A stretch of 64,000 bases of DNA from Candidatus Latescibacterota bacterium (lineage in GTDB: Bacteria > Latescibacterota > UBA2968): the NCBI GenBank assembly GCA_965204375.1, contig OZ241986.1, positions 992,001-1,056,000 of the forward strand, given 5' to 3'. Below are positions 38,781 to 47,970 of the stretch, piece by piece. Positions within the stretch are counted from its first letter, which is position 1; each line of letters begins with the position of its first letter. Under the pieces are notes generated by a model. That model did not search any database. It had not been told where the DNA came from and was given only the letters and a program-made list of their open reading frames with translations. A program made the position numbers and the translations under genes.

Positions 38781-40131
38781 CGCTGATCACCTCTACTATT
38801 CCACGTCGTGTTTTGTCCCGCTTCGGTTTGGCTACTATTATACAATATAGCTTCCTATACAGGTCATTTCCAGCGAAATTTTTTTCTATTCTATGCTCAA
38901 GTCTTTAGCCTGAAAAATTCATAAAAAAGGTAGTTTCCTTATTCAAGTCATTGTATTATTATAGGTTAGAACCATAACCATTGTACAATAGACTTGGAGG
39001 AAACTACCATGGGGTCACAAGATAAACATCGCAAGGTTCCTTTGGCAAGCATTTTCGGCAAACGGCTTGACCTCGCCTTTGATGGGGGCATTCTCACCAG
39101 CGATAGCGGCGCGTTATTGCTTCGAGAAGTAGAGGCAAAATCTGGCATTTTAACACGCATGAGTGCTGCGATCACGGATCGTCGGCATAAGAGTTATGTG
39201 AGGCACTCCGTCGCAGAGTTGGTCAAGCAACGGGTGTTCCAGATAGCCTGTGGGTATGAAGATGGCAATGATTGTGATGCCTTACGCAGCGATCCGGGTA
39301 TCAAGGCCGCCTGTGGTGTCTTGCCGCTTTCAGGTAAAGACTTGGGCAGTCAACCCACGATGAGCCGGTTTGAGAACCAGATCAGGCGAAGCGACTTGTA
39401 TCGGATTGCCCGTGCCTTCCTCGATTGTTTTATCGCTTCGTATAAAAAGCCGCCCGAGGCGATCATCTTAGATATTGATGATACACAGGATACGGTTTAT
39501 GGGACCCAGCAGTTGTCCCTATTCAATGGCTATTACAATGCCTACACCTATCAGCCCTTGCATATTTATGAGGGACAAACCGGTAAGTTGATCACTACGA
39601 TATTGCGTCCCGGTATCCGTCCGACCGGCCAACAGATAGTCGCCATTATCAAGCGTTTGGTGGCCTATCTGCGTCAGGCTTGGCCTGATGTGGCGATCAT
39701 CTTGCGGGGTGATGCCCACTTTTCTTGTCCGCAAGTCCATCACCTTTGTGAGACTGATGACCTGTATTTTATCTTAGGACAGACCAGCAATGCCAAGCTT
39801 TGTGAGGCGGCACAACCCCTTATCGCGCAGGCCAAAAGGCTTTATGCACATACAAAGGAGGCCGTGCGTCTTTTTACCTCGTTTTCCTATCAGGCAAAGA
39901 GTTGGAACAAGGCACAACGCATCGTATGCAAGGTCGAAATCAGTGACCGAGGCCAAAACACACGCTTTGTCGTGACCAACCTGAAAAGTTCAATGGCGTC
40001 CTTTATCTATCAAAGCGTCTATTGTGCGCGCGGACAGATGGAAAACTTCATTAAAAATCACAAAACCTTTCTCCACTCTGACCGCACATCCTGTCACAGC
40101 TTTACTGCCAATCAGTTCCGCCTCTTTCTCC

Positions 40132-41517
40132 GAGATATTGTCAAATGTTGTGGATGGGTTTAGAACGCATCCTTTATGATTATGCAGCGATTTTGCGTTC
40201 ACCATCTACGAATTTCACCCCGTCAATGACGAGGGGTATGAGCTTGTAACCGCGTAATCTGACCCATGTTTTTTCAGCTTCAAGAGCCAGTTTATACACC
40301 ATCGCCATTGTGGCTTTGACCGATCCGCAGCCTTTTGTCTGCCTCGTGCGATGCCTGACGGTAGCAAAAGTCGATTCAATCGGGTTGGTGGTGCGTAAAT
40401 GGATCCAGTGTTTGGCAGGAAAATCATAAAAGGTGAAGAGCACCTCAAAATCTTTGGTGAGGCAGTCACAGGCTTTTTCATAGCGATCCTGATACAGACT
40501 CAAGAAGTGGTCATAGACCTTGTGCGCGGCCTCTTTTGTCGGCGACTGATACATATCTTGAAGGAGTCTCTTGGCATCCGGCTGCACAGATTTGGGTAGC
40601 TTATCCAACACATTAGCACTCTTATGCACCCAGCAGCGCTGATGTTTCGTGGCAGGGAATGTCTCTTCCAATGCGTGCCAGAAGCCCATTGCCCCATCGC
40701 CTATGGCAAGAGCAGGGGCAAGGCGCAACCCGCGTGCTTTGACATCCAGTAAGAGGGTTTTCCAAGATAAGGTGCTCTCACGCTGTCCCTGCTCTATGGC
40801 AAGGACTTCCTTTTTACCTTCTGCTGTGGCACCAATGAGCACGAGAACACAGGGGCGATCATCAGACAGGCGTACGTTAAAATAGATACCGTCTGCCCAG
40901 ATATAGACATAGGCTTTATCGTGCAAGTCGCGCTTTTGCCATTGTTTATACTCGTCTTCCCAAATACGCTTTAAGCGCGTGATATTGGCTGGTGAAAGCC
41001 CTGGTGCGCCTTTGCCTAAGATCGCTTCGAGTGCTTGTGGGAAGGCCGAGGTAGAGACCCCTTTCAGATACAGTGTGGGGATCAATGTATCAATGCTCGG
41101 ACTGCGACGGGCATATTTAGGCAGGATCGCACTGGTGAAGTGCTCCCCGTCTCGACGATCGTGAACGCGGGGTTGTTTGACGGGTATTTTACCAATACCA
41201 GTGGTGACTTCTCGGGCAGGATGATACCCATTTTTGACCACCTCACGATGACCCTTTTCATCCACCTGATCAGCAAATCGGGCTATGTATTCATTCACTT
41301 CATACCGCAAGGCGGCACATAACATCTTACGCGCACCATTTCTTATGACTTCCTCGAGGCTCTCGGCCAGTGTATCTTGCACTATGCTTTCCACTTCAAA
41401 TGGGGTATATTCTTTCACGAGCGTGTCCTTTCTCCCTCCTGGAGGGATTTTAGGTTTTTGTGATACTATAGGATACGCTCTTTTCTTTTACTCATCCACA
41501 ACTTTTGAATATACCTC
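40132..41517 (-). mobile_element. IS256-family element
   Basis: 25-bp imperfect TIR GAGATATTGTCAAATGTTGTGGATG / CATCCACAACTTTTGAATATACCTC. 9-bp duplication TCTTTCTCC. Confidence 0.93.
40180..41418 (-). CDS. IS256-family (Mutator) transposase
   Basis: LYLKGVST, WADGIY, GDGAMGF, QRCWVHK, RTTNPIESTF. Confidence 0.95.
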   Translation of the reverse strand: MKEYTPFEVESIVQDTLAESLEEVIRNGARKMLCAALRYEVNEYIARFADQVDEKGHREVVKNGYHPAREVTTGIGKIPVKQPRVHDRRDGEHFTSAILPKYARRSPSIDTLIPTLYLKGVSTSAFPQALEAILGKGAPGLSPANITRLKRIWEDEYKQWQKRDLHDKAYVYIWADGIYFNVRLSDDRPCVLVLIGATAEGKKEVLAIEQGQRESTLSWKTLLLDVKARGLRLAPALAIGDGAMGFWHALEETFPATKHQRCWVHKSANVLDKLPKSVQPDAKRLLQDMYQSPTKEAAHKVYDHFLSLYQDRYEKACDCLTKDFEVLFTFYDFPAKHWIHLRTTNPIESTFATVRHRTRQTKGCGSVKATMAMVYKLALEAEKTWVRLRGYKLIPLVIDGVKFVDGERKIAA

Positions 41518-42097
41518 TCTTTCTCCATTCTGCCGCCTATGTCTTGATACAGACATTGGCGCAAATAGGATTCAATGGCACAAGGTGGATAAACGCGCAG
41601 GTCAATACCATTCAAAATCGCTTCCTCAAAGTCGCAGGACGCGTCTGTGAGTTGAATACGAGGATCACCTTCCATCTGCCTGTGTCCTTTCCTTTGCAAC
41701 ACGTCTATGATAAAATCCTGCACAATCTGGCAAAGGCGTTTCCCTAACCCAAAACGCAGGAGGGCAGAGATGGCAAGCAGAAGGCAGACAACATCACTGG
41801 CGCAACAGACACAGACACCGCCTTGTGCTGGGCAAAGACTCGGCAGGCAAGGGCAAGGGGGAACCTGTGGCCTTTTTGACTACCACAGGCACGCACAACC
41901 AATGACATTGACCTGTCAGACCCGGTAAAAATACAATCGGGAGCGACAAAAACAGAAAATCACGGACAGAGGGCTTACAACATCGAAATGATGACATAAA
42001 TAGCCTATTCATAAACTTTCATGAATTAGTCGGGCTAGATGAAGAGCCGAATAGTTCAAAGCCGTGCACAGTCGTGTGATGCAGCGTGCTCACTTCG

Positions 42098-43483
42098 TTA
42101 CGGCGGGAGAAGTTCTGTGGAGAGGTCCCCCGAGAAACCTCTCTCTTTGATTTGCGCCACGAAGCCATCGATCTCCACTTGGCTCAAGTTATCATTTCCG
42201 CCTATAATAAGCCGGCCACCCAAGTGAGTCAGGTTCTTCAGCCCTCTCAGGCTTCTTAGTCGTGGATTGTTGCTGATTTCCAAATGGCCGCCGATGGACG
42301 CAAGATGCTCCAGGCCTTCCAGACTCTCCAACTGTTCGTTCTGGCGTATATAGAGGAAGCCTCCGATTTCCTTTAGTGCTTGCAGTCCATTGAGGACGGC
42401 AAGGTTGTTGTTGGCTGTAACATGTATGCCGTGGGAGACGTACCGTAAACTTCGCAGCCCCTGCAAGTCTCGCAGGGAGTGGTTAGATACGATCAGCAAG
42501 CGACCATCAATAGACTCGATCCTGTGAAGCCCCTCCAGCGACGCCAGCTTTGGATGGCCGTCCACGCGGAGATCCCTTGGTACAGTTTTGATTCTGTTTA
42601 GGGATGCGATGCTCTGTAGTGATTCGTTGCAGAGCATGTAAATGTCTTTGCCTACTCTCTCTACATTGAGCCCATCCAGGTTGAGCAAGTCGGGATTCCG
42701 AATAAGCTTCAGGTCCTGCGCTACATTGGTGATTGTCTCACATTGGGTAATGGTATGAAGACCATCGCATCGGAAGATGCATAGATCACCGTACGTGGCA
42801 GCCAGACGATTGTGCGATATGTCCTTCTCCTGAAGGCTTGGCGATAGGTAGGAAAGGATTGTCGTCAGGTATTCAGGCCATTGATGGTCGGTCATATCGA
42901 TTCTGCATACTCGGACGTCCAGCTTGTCAATCAGATCATCCGTCATTTCTCGAAATGCGGTATAGAGTTGGGTGTAGCCAACGAATCCTCGCCACCCGTT
43001 ACTCTTAGCCCGAGCCCGTGTGGTGACCTTCAGGTTGATCTGGGTGTCCTCCCAGCGATTTCCTCGGTCATCACAGGTACGTCGCATGAAACTCGGCACA
43101 TCAGACTGAGTCAGATAAACCACAGTCGGGTTGAGCTGCGAAACTGCATCAATGACTCCTCGAACGTAGTTCGCGATTGTGACCCGTTCAACGTCGTTGA
43201 AGAATAGCTCTGCCGTATTGCGATGAAATAGCTGGCCATCAAGGACGGTGACCGAATCGCTCTGCGCTCTTGAGGCGGCGAAGTCTCGCCATCTTTTCAG
43301 GCTTTCTTCTATCCGGCAGGCCTCACCTTGCCACTCCATCCGAGTTGGATGATTTGGATCCTTCTCGTGAATGTGTGCGGTTGGTATCCCGTTCCGTTCA
43401 AGCTGCGAGCAAAGGAACTCGGCAGTATTGGTTTTCCCGGATCCCGGGATTCCTTCCACAAAGATCAGCTTGGTGTCCAGCAA
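42098..43483 (-). CDS. P-loop kinase fused to Receptor-L-type leucine-rich repeats
   Basis: IFVEGIPGSGKT Walker A and about 7 repeats of L.SLEGL..L..IGG.L.I..N. Probable TTG start after GGAGG. Confidence 0.75.
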   Translation of the reverse strand: MLDTKLIFVEGIPGSGKTNTAEFLCSQLERNGIPTAHIHEKDPNHPTRMEWQGEACRIEESLKRWRDFAASRAQSDSVTVLDGQLFHRNTAELFFNDVERVTIANYVRGVIDAVSQLNPTVVYLTQSDVPSFMRRTCDDRGNRWEDTQINLKVTTRARAKSNGWRGFVGYTQLYTAFREMTDDLIDKLDVRVCRIDMTDHQWPEYLTTILSYLSPSLQEKDISHNRLAATYGDLCIFRCDGLHTITQCETITNVAQDLKLIRNPDLLNLDGLNVERVGKDIYMLCNESLQSIASLNRIKTVPRDLRVDGHPKLASLEGLHRIESIDGRLLIVSNHSLRDLQGLRSLRYVSHGIHVTANNNLAVLNGLQALKEIGGFLYIRQNEQLESLEGLEHLASIGGHLEISNNPRLRSLRGLKNLTHLGGRLIIGGNDNLSQVEIDGFVAQIKERGFSGDLSTELLPP

Positions 43484-43625
43484 GGCAGCCTCCAGGATGG
43501 CTGTAGTACTCTGCCTAAAATGGCATCTCATGAGCTTGTTAGTTCGATTACATAAACACCAGAACGGATGCAGTTCTATGAGGCGTACATTGCCTTGTTT
43601 GCAATAAATCGAATCCTGCTCAAAG

Positions 43626-44225
43626 TTAATGCTCAAATAAGATGGCCCCAACAGCGTCGAGTCGATATTGGTCGCCATCGTATGCAATGGTCGTAACGGA
43701 GCATTCACGCACTACTTCACCACTGTATGGGTCATTGCAAAATTTCGGACTAATGCGACTCAGTTCTTCAGGCGAAAAAATGTTGAGAAGGAAGTCCGCT
43801 AAGACACCGCCATGGGTCACCCCAATCACAGTACCTTTGGATGACTGAAGATAGCAATCGGAAACAAATGCCTCAATGCGTCTGCCAGCCTCAATGCTTG
43901 AATCGCCAACACTGGGTCGGTAATCTCGTTCTCTGTTACAACATTCCCACTGAGCTATGAATGCATCGAAAGATTGGCCTTCGATGTCACCCCAATTCAT
44001 TCGTTCACGTAGTCGTGAATCTTCAGTAACTTCAAGATTCAAAATGGTGGCGATGATCTCTGCTGTTTCTCTTGTTCGCGCCAGTGGACTGCTGAAGATT
44101 CGCGTGATGCTGTTTGATGCTAACTTCCTTGCGAGTAGTTCTGCTTCTTCTCGCCCCCCTAAGGTCAATGAAGGATCGCCGATCTTGCGGTCTCTCTTAC
44201 CGTGGCGAATAAAGTGAAAACGCAT
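43626..44225 (-). CDS. Histidine phosphatase (PGM family)
   Basis: IRHG, SSPLARTRETA, LRE, VTHGG. Confidence 0.9.
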   Translation of the reverse strand: MRFHFIRHGKRDRKIGDPSLTLGGREEAELLARKLASNSITRIFSSPLARTRETAEIIATILNLEVTEDSRLRERMNWGDIEGQSFDAFIAQWECCNRERDYRPSVGDSSIEAGRRIEAFVSDCYLQSSKGTVIGVTHGGVLADFLLNIFSPEELSRISPKFCNDPYSGEVVRECSVTTIAYDGDQYRLDAVGAILFEH

Positions 44226-44255
44226 TAAGCCTACCTGTCCTCCTATTTTTCTTGT

Positions 44256-44316
44256 ACACAATTTGTCAGAGTGGGGTTGAGGTAGAAAAGAGGACTCACA
44301 GCTTATCGTGTTAGCC
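44256..44316 (-). repeat. attC-like site (hybrid)
   Basis: ACACAAT...GTTAGCC. The left ~20 bp are shared with the 37167 site; the right arm is different. Confidence 0.5.
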
Positions 44317-44876
44317 ATCCGGCGTGCCCGATGCGTGCTTGCTAGGACGGTACGCGTGCGCTCACTGCACAAGGTTACGAGTCAACAACATTCAATCCTT
44401 TATCAATCGGATATATTTCTTGAGTATTCCCCGATTTGTGCTTCATTCAAGCCCACCAAAAGCACGATTTTTAAACAACTCCAAGGTGATCCAGGAATCC
44501 AACGCCCATAGGTTATTTCATAGTTGCATCGACGCGGATCATCTATATTCAAACGGGAAAGCCAGATCATTTTTCCATCCGTAGACTTTTCTTCAACTGG
44601 GTACGCAATCTTCAGTGCTTCTAATTCGCTTTGGTCAATATCAGAGGGCACTTCTCTAAACGTCTTGTCCATTTTTTTGTCGTCGAAACCCATTACAACC
44701 TTGGGCCATCTGCCGTATTCCATTGCTTTTTCCAAATTACTGCAAAAGATCGGAGCACTTGTTGGATTAACATCTACTCCATTGTTTAATATATACTCGA
44801 ATCTGTCGATAGATACTGCTCTGTATTCTAGGGAAACCATTTCTTTCAAAGAAAAGAAGCCAGGAAATGTATCTAC

Positions 44877-46597
44877 CCCGACTAATTCATGAAAGTTTTT
44901 GAATAGTCTATTTATGTCATCATTTCGATGTTGTAAGCCCTCTGTCCGTGTTTTTCTGTTTTTGTTGCTCCCGATTGTGTTTTTACCGGGTTCTGACAGG
45001 TCAATGTCATTGGTAGAGCGTGCCTGTGGTAGTCAAAAAGGGCAGAGGTTCCCCCTTGCCCTTGCCTGCCGAGTCTTTGCCCAGCACAAGGCGGTGTGCG
45101 CCAGTGATGTTGTCTGCCTTCTGCTTGCCATCTCTGCCCTCCTGCGTTTTGGGTTAAGGTCCTGCCCTTTTCAGATTGTGTAGGATTTTATGATACAGAT
45201 GTTGCAAAGGATAGGACACAGGCAGATGGAAGGTGATCCTTGTTTTCAACTCACAGACGCGTCCTGCGACTTTGAGGAAGCGATTTTGAATGGTATTGAC
45301 CTGCGCGTTTATCCACCTTGTGCCATTGAATCCTATTTGCGCCAATGTCTGTATCAAGACATAGGCGGCAGAATGGAGAAAGAGGCGGAACTGATTGGCA
45401 GTAAAGCTGTGACAGGATGTGCGGTCAGAGTGGAGAAAGGTTTTGTGATTTTTAATGAAGTTTTCCATCTGTCCGCGCGCACAATAGACGCTTTGATAGA
45501 TAAAGGACGCCATTGAACTTTTCAGGTTGGTCACGACAAAGCGTGTGTTTTGGCCTCGGTCACTGATTTCGACCTTGCATACGATGCGTTGTGCCTTGTT
45601 CCAACTCTTTGCCTGATAGGAAAACGAGGTAAAAAGACGCACGGCCTCCTTTGTATGTGCATAAAGCCTTTTGGCCTGCGCGATAAGGGGTTGTGCCGCC
45701 TCACAAAGCTTGGCATTGCTGGTCTGTCCTAAGATAAAATACAGGTCATCAGTCTCACAAAGGTGATGGACTTGCGGACAAGAAAAGTGGGCATCACCCC
45801 GCAAGATGATCGCCACATCAGGCCAAGCCTGACGCAGATAGGCCACCAAACGCTTGATAATGGCGACTATCTGTTGGCCGGTCGGACGGATACCGGGACG
45901 CAATATCGTAGTGATCAACTTACCGGTTTGTCCCTCATAAATATGCAAGGGCTGATAGGTGTAGGCATTGTAATAGCCATTGAATAGGGACAACTGCTGG
46001 GTCCCATAAACCGTATCCTGTGTATCATCAATATCTAAGATGATCGCCTCGGGCGGCTTTTTATACGAAGCGATAAAACAATCGAGGAAGGCACGGGCAA
46101 TCCGATACAAGTCGCTTCGCCTGATCTGGTTCTCAAACCGGCTCATCGTGGGTTGACTGCCCAAGTCTTTACCTGAAAGCGGCAAGACACCACAGGCGGC
46201 CTTGATACCCGGATCGCTGCGTAAGGCATCACAATCATTGCCATCTTCATACCCACAGGCTATCTGGAACACCCGTTGCTTGACCAACTCTGCGACGGAG
46301 TGCCTCACATAACTCTTATGCCGACGATCCGTGATCGCAGCACTCATGCGTGTTAAAATGCCAGATTTTGCCTCTACTTCTCGAAGCAATAACGCGCCGC
46401 TATCGCTGGTGAGAATGCCCCCATCAAAGGCGAGGTCAAGCCGTTTGCCGAAAATGCTTGCCAAAGGAACCTTGCGATGTTTATCTTGTGACCCCATGGT
46501 AGTTTCCTCCAAGTCTATTGTTTAATGGTTATGGTGATAACCTATAATAATACAATGACTTGAATAAGGAAACTACCTTTTTTATGAATTTTTCAGG
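44877..46597 (-). mobile_element. IS1380 copy 3
   Basis: Same TIRs, inverted. CTAC duplication (44873-76 / 46598-601). Confidence 0.93.
45154..46512 (-). CDS. IS1380-family transposase
   Basis: 452 aa, near-identical to 9006-10364. Confidence 0.95.
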   Translation of the reverse strand: MEETTMGSQDKHRKVPLASIFGKRLDLAFDGGILTSDSGALLLREVEAKSGILTRMSAAITDRRHKSYVRHSVAELVKQRVFQIACGYEDGNDCDALRSDPGIKAACGVLPLSGKDLGSQPTMSRFENQIRRSDLYRIARAFLDCFIASYKKPPEAIILDIDDTQDTVYGTQQLSLFNGYYNAYTYQPLHIYEGQTGKLITTILRPGIRPTGQQIVAIIKRLVAYLRQAWPDVAIILRGDAHFSCPQVHHLCETDDLYFILGQTSNAKLCEAAQPLIAQAKRLYAHTKEAVRLFTSFSYQAKSWNKAQRIVCKVEISDRGQNTRFVVTNLKSSMASFIYQSVYCARGQMENFIKNHKTFLHSDRTSCHSFTANQFRLFLHSAAYVLIQTLAQIGFNGTRWINAQVNTIQNRFLKVAGRVCELKTRITFHLPVSYPLQHLYHKILHNLKRAGP

Positions 46598-46807
46598 CTA
46601 CCAAGTCAAATTCACTGATTGTGACAAATTGGTGTTCCTCTCCATCTTTTTCAAGGTTCAGCACGTAAAAAGGTACACCTTGAACTTCTTTTATTTTATG
46701 ACATTTCATAGAAGGTCTGTTCCTATAAATGAGATGATCTTCGTTTTTCGTGCGCGGTTTTGATTTTTTGGATGAAGCGGTTGGACACTTGCATGTGCGC
46801 CAATTTC

Positions 46808-46912
46808 AGGTAACGTTCTGGCCACTTGCAAACCCGCCGAAGCACAGCGTAGGCGGGTTGCCGTCAGACCAAGGAGTGCAAGCGACGTAGTGAAAAAGTG
46901 GGCGTGTTAGCT
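46808..46912 (-). repeat. attC site
   Basis: AGGTAAC..CCACTT...AAGTGG..GTTAGCT, with inner stem AACCCGCC/GGCGGGTT. Confidence 0.65.
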
Positions 46913-46934
46913 GGTCGTGCTCTTCCCCGCCTTC

Positions 46935-47420
46935 CTAGGATTCTTGCGTTTTGGACCTCAAGTCGATGATGAAGACTGGCAGCATCCTTCCTCGGATGCT
47001 GGTAGAGGGAGTTGCGCCCACACGTCTTGCCCCGACCGCAAGGTAGAAGGCCTCCGCATTTGGGTCTCCGACTATCTTTATGGTCTTGATTCCTTGGGTT
47101 CGTGCTGTTTGGAGAACATGCTCCACCATCATTCTTCCGTAACCCTTCCGAATCGTCGCAGGATCTACGAATAGGTAGTCTATCTCCGCCTCTCTTGGCC
47201 CGATCGGTACCATTCTGGCAAAGCCAACGACATTCCCGTCACAATCTTCAACAACATATGCAGCATGGTCAGAAATGTCCTCCGCGGAGACCGTTAGTTC
47301 ATTTTTGAAGCGTTTCATGGAGTCAGCGTCATATCCCCAATAGGCTTTGGACCGGAAAATCAGCCGACTGACCGCACCAGCTTCGTTTGGTTTTGCTCTT
47401 CGAATCACTAAATACTCCAA
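46935..47420 (-). CDS. GNAT N-acetyltransferase
   Basis: RSKAYWGYD, LFVDP..IRKGYG, GDPNAEAFY. Confidence 0.9.
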   Translation of the reverse strand: MEYLVIRRAKPNEAGAVSRLIFRSKAYWGYDADSMKRFKNELTVSAEDISDHAAYVVEDCDGNVVGFARMVPIGPREAEIDYLFVDPATIRKGYGRMMVEHVLQTARTQGIKTIKIVGDPNAEAFYLAVGARRVGATPSTSIRGRMLPVFIIDLRSKTQES

Positions 47421-47475
47421 GAATTAAAGAGATTCTATCGCCCCATGAAGACCAATTGCAGGAGATCCGCATGCT

Positions 47476-47555
47476 GGCTAATTACGGGATTAACGAACAG
47501 TTACAGTAATACATACCAAATCTATGTATCTCCGAGTAGGAAAGTGTTGTTAGGG
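47476..47555 (-). repeat. att-like repeat X, copy 2, at the upstream edge of the array
   Basis: GGCTAAT core, 57-bp match to 30079-30135, and a non-complementary GTTAGGG at 47549. Confidence 0.6.
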
Positions 47556-47583
47556 ATAGTGAAGATTCCTGATGATAGCAGTA

Positions 47584-47880
47584 CTACATTTTATTGCGTG
47601 CTTCTAACCATCGCTTTAGCGAACTTTGGCTCTCTCCTGAAGGCCGGCCAGCCCATACATTTTCGACGCTAATATCCTCATCCAGATCAGGCCAATGGAT
47701 GCCTTCACCTCGACCGATGAGTCGCCAATTCTTGCGCTCTTGAGGAGTGCCATGCAGTAGGCGAGGATACCATTCTAAAGGGACGCTTATGCTTCGTCCA
47801 TCGACTAAGTCGATCACGAGTGACTCTTCGTCGATAGAGATACGCTCCACAAGCATAGGTTTGCATGTCATATATATCAT
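47584..47880 (-). CDS. DUF2442-family protein (putative antitoxin), orphan
   Basis: DGRSISVPLEWYPRL..........W...G.GIHWPDLDEDISV. Confidence 0.88.
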   Translation of the reverse strand: MIYMTCKPMLVERISIDEESLVIDLVDGRSISVPLEWYPRLLHGTPQERKNWRLIGRGEGIHWPDLDEDISVENVWAGRPSGESQSSLKRWLEARNKM

Positions 47881-47900
47881 TGTTTTTCAATGATGTAAAG

Positions 47901-47937
47901 ACTAAAAGCCCACATCCAGAGGACATAGGCTTTTAGT
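47901..47937. terminator. Hairpin at the island/core boundary
   Basis: ACTAAAAGCC-N17-GGCTTTTAGT, after the 47971 stop. Confidence 0.55.
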
Positions 47938-47970
47938 GTTAATCCTACCTTTCTCAACTGGTTTTATAGA

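Larger units (their letters stand above)
38994..41747 (+). pseudogene. IS1380 transposase split by IS256
   Basis: ...NQFRLFL (to 40131) resumes as LFLHSAAY (from 41518). Confidence 0.92.
38909..42034 (+). mobile_element. IS1380 copy 2, interrupted by IS256
   Basis: Same TIRs as copy 1, flanks TTAG/CTAG. The empty site is visible in the paralogous sequence at 24450-24475. Confidence 0.92.
44403..46709 (-). pseudogene. Hypothetical gene interrupted by IS1380 copy 3
   Basis: Removing the IS and one CTAC gives in-frame MKCHKIKEVQGVPFYVLNLEKDGEEHQFVTISEFDLV-DTFPGFFSLKEMVSLEYR... Confidence 0.82.

Noticed and set aside
42098-43483. NLR/STAND-type immune receptor
   Set aside because: The P-loop domain is short and kinase-like, and no STAND helical or winged-helix region is evident.
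43484-43708. N-terminal extension of the kinase-LRR ORF, and ORF 36368-36619 with the same start
   Set aside because: Both overlap the phosphatase gene end out of frame. Their shared N-terminus only reflects the duplication.
8921-46597. Composite transposon bounded by IS1380 copies
   Set aside because: Each copy has its own target duplication and reconstructable empty site, so these are independent insertions.
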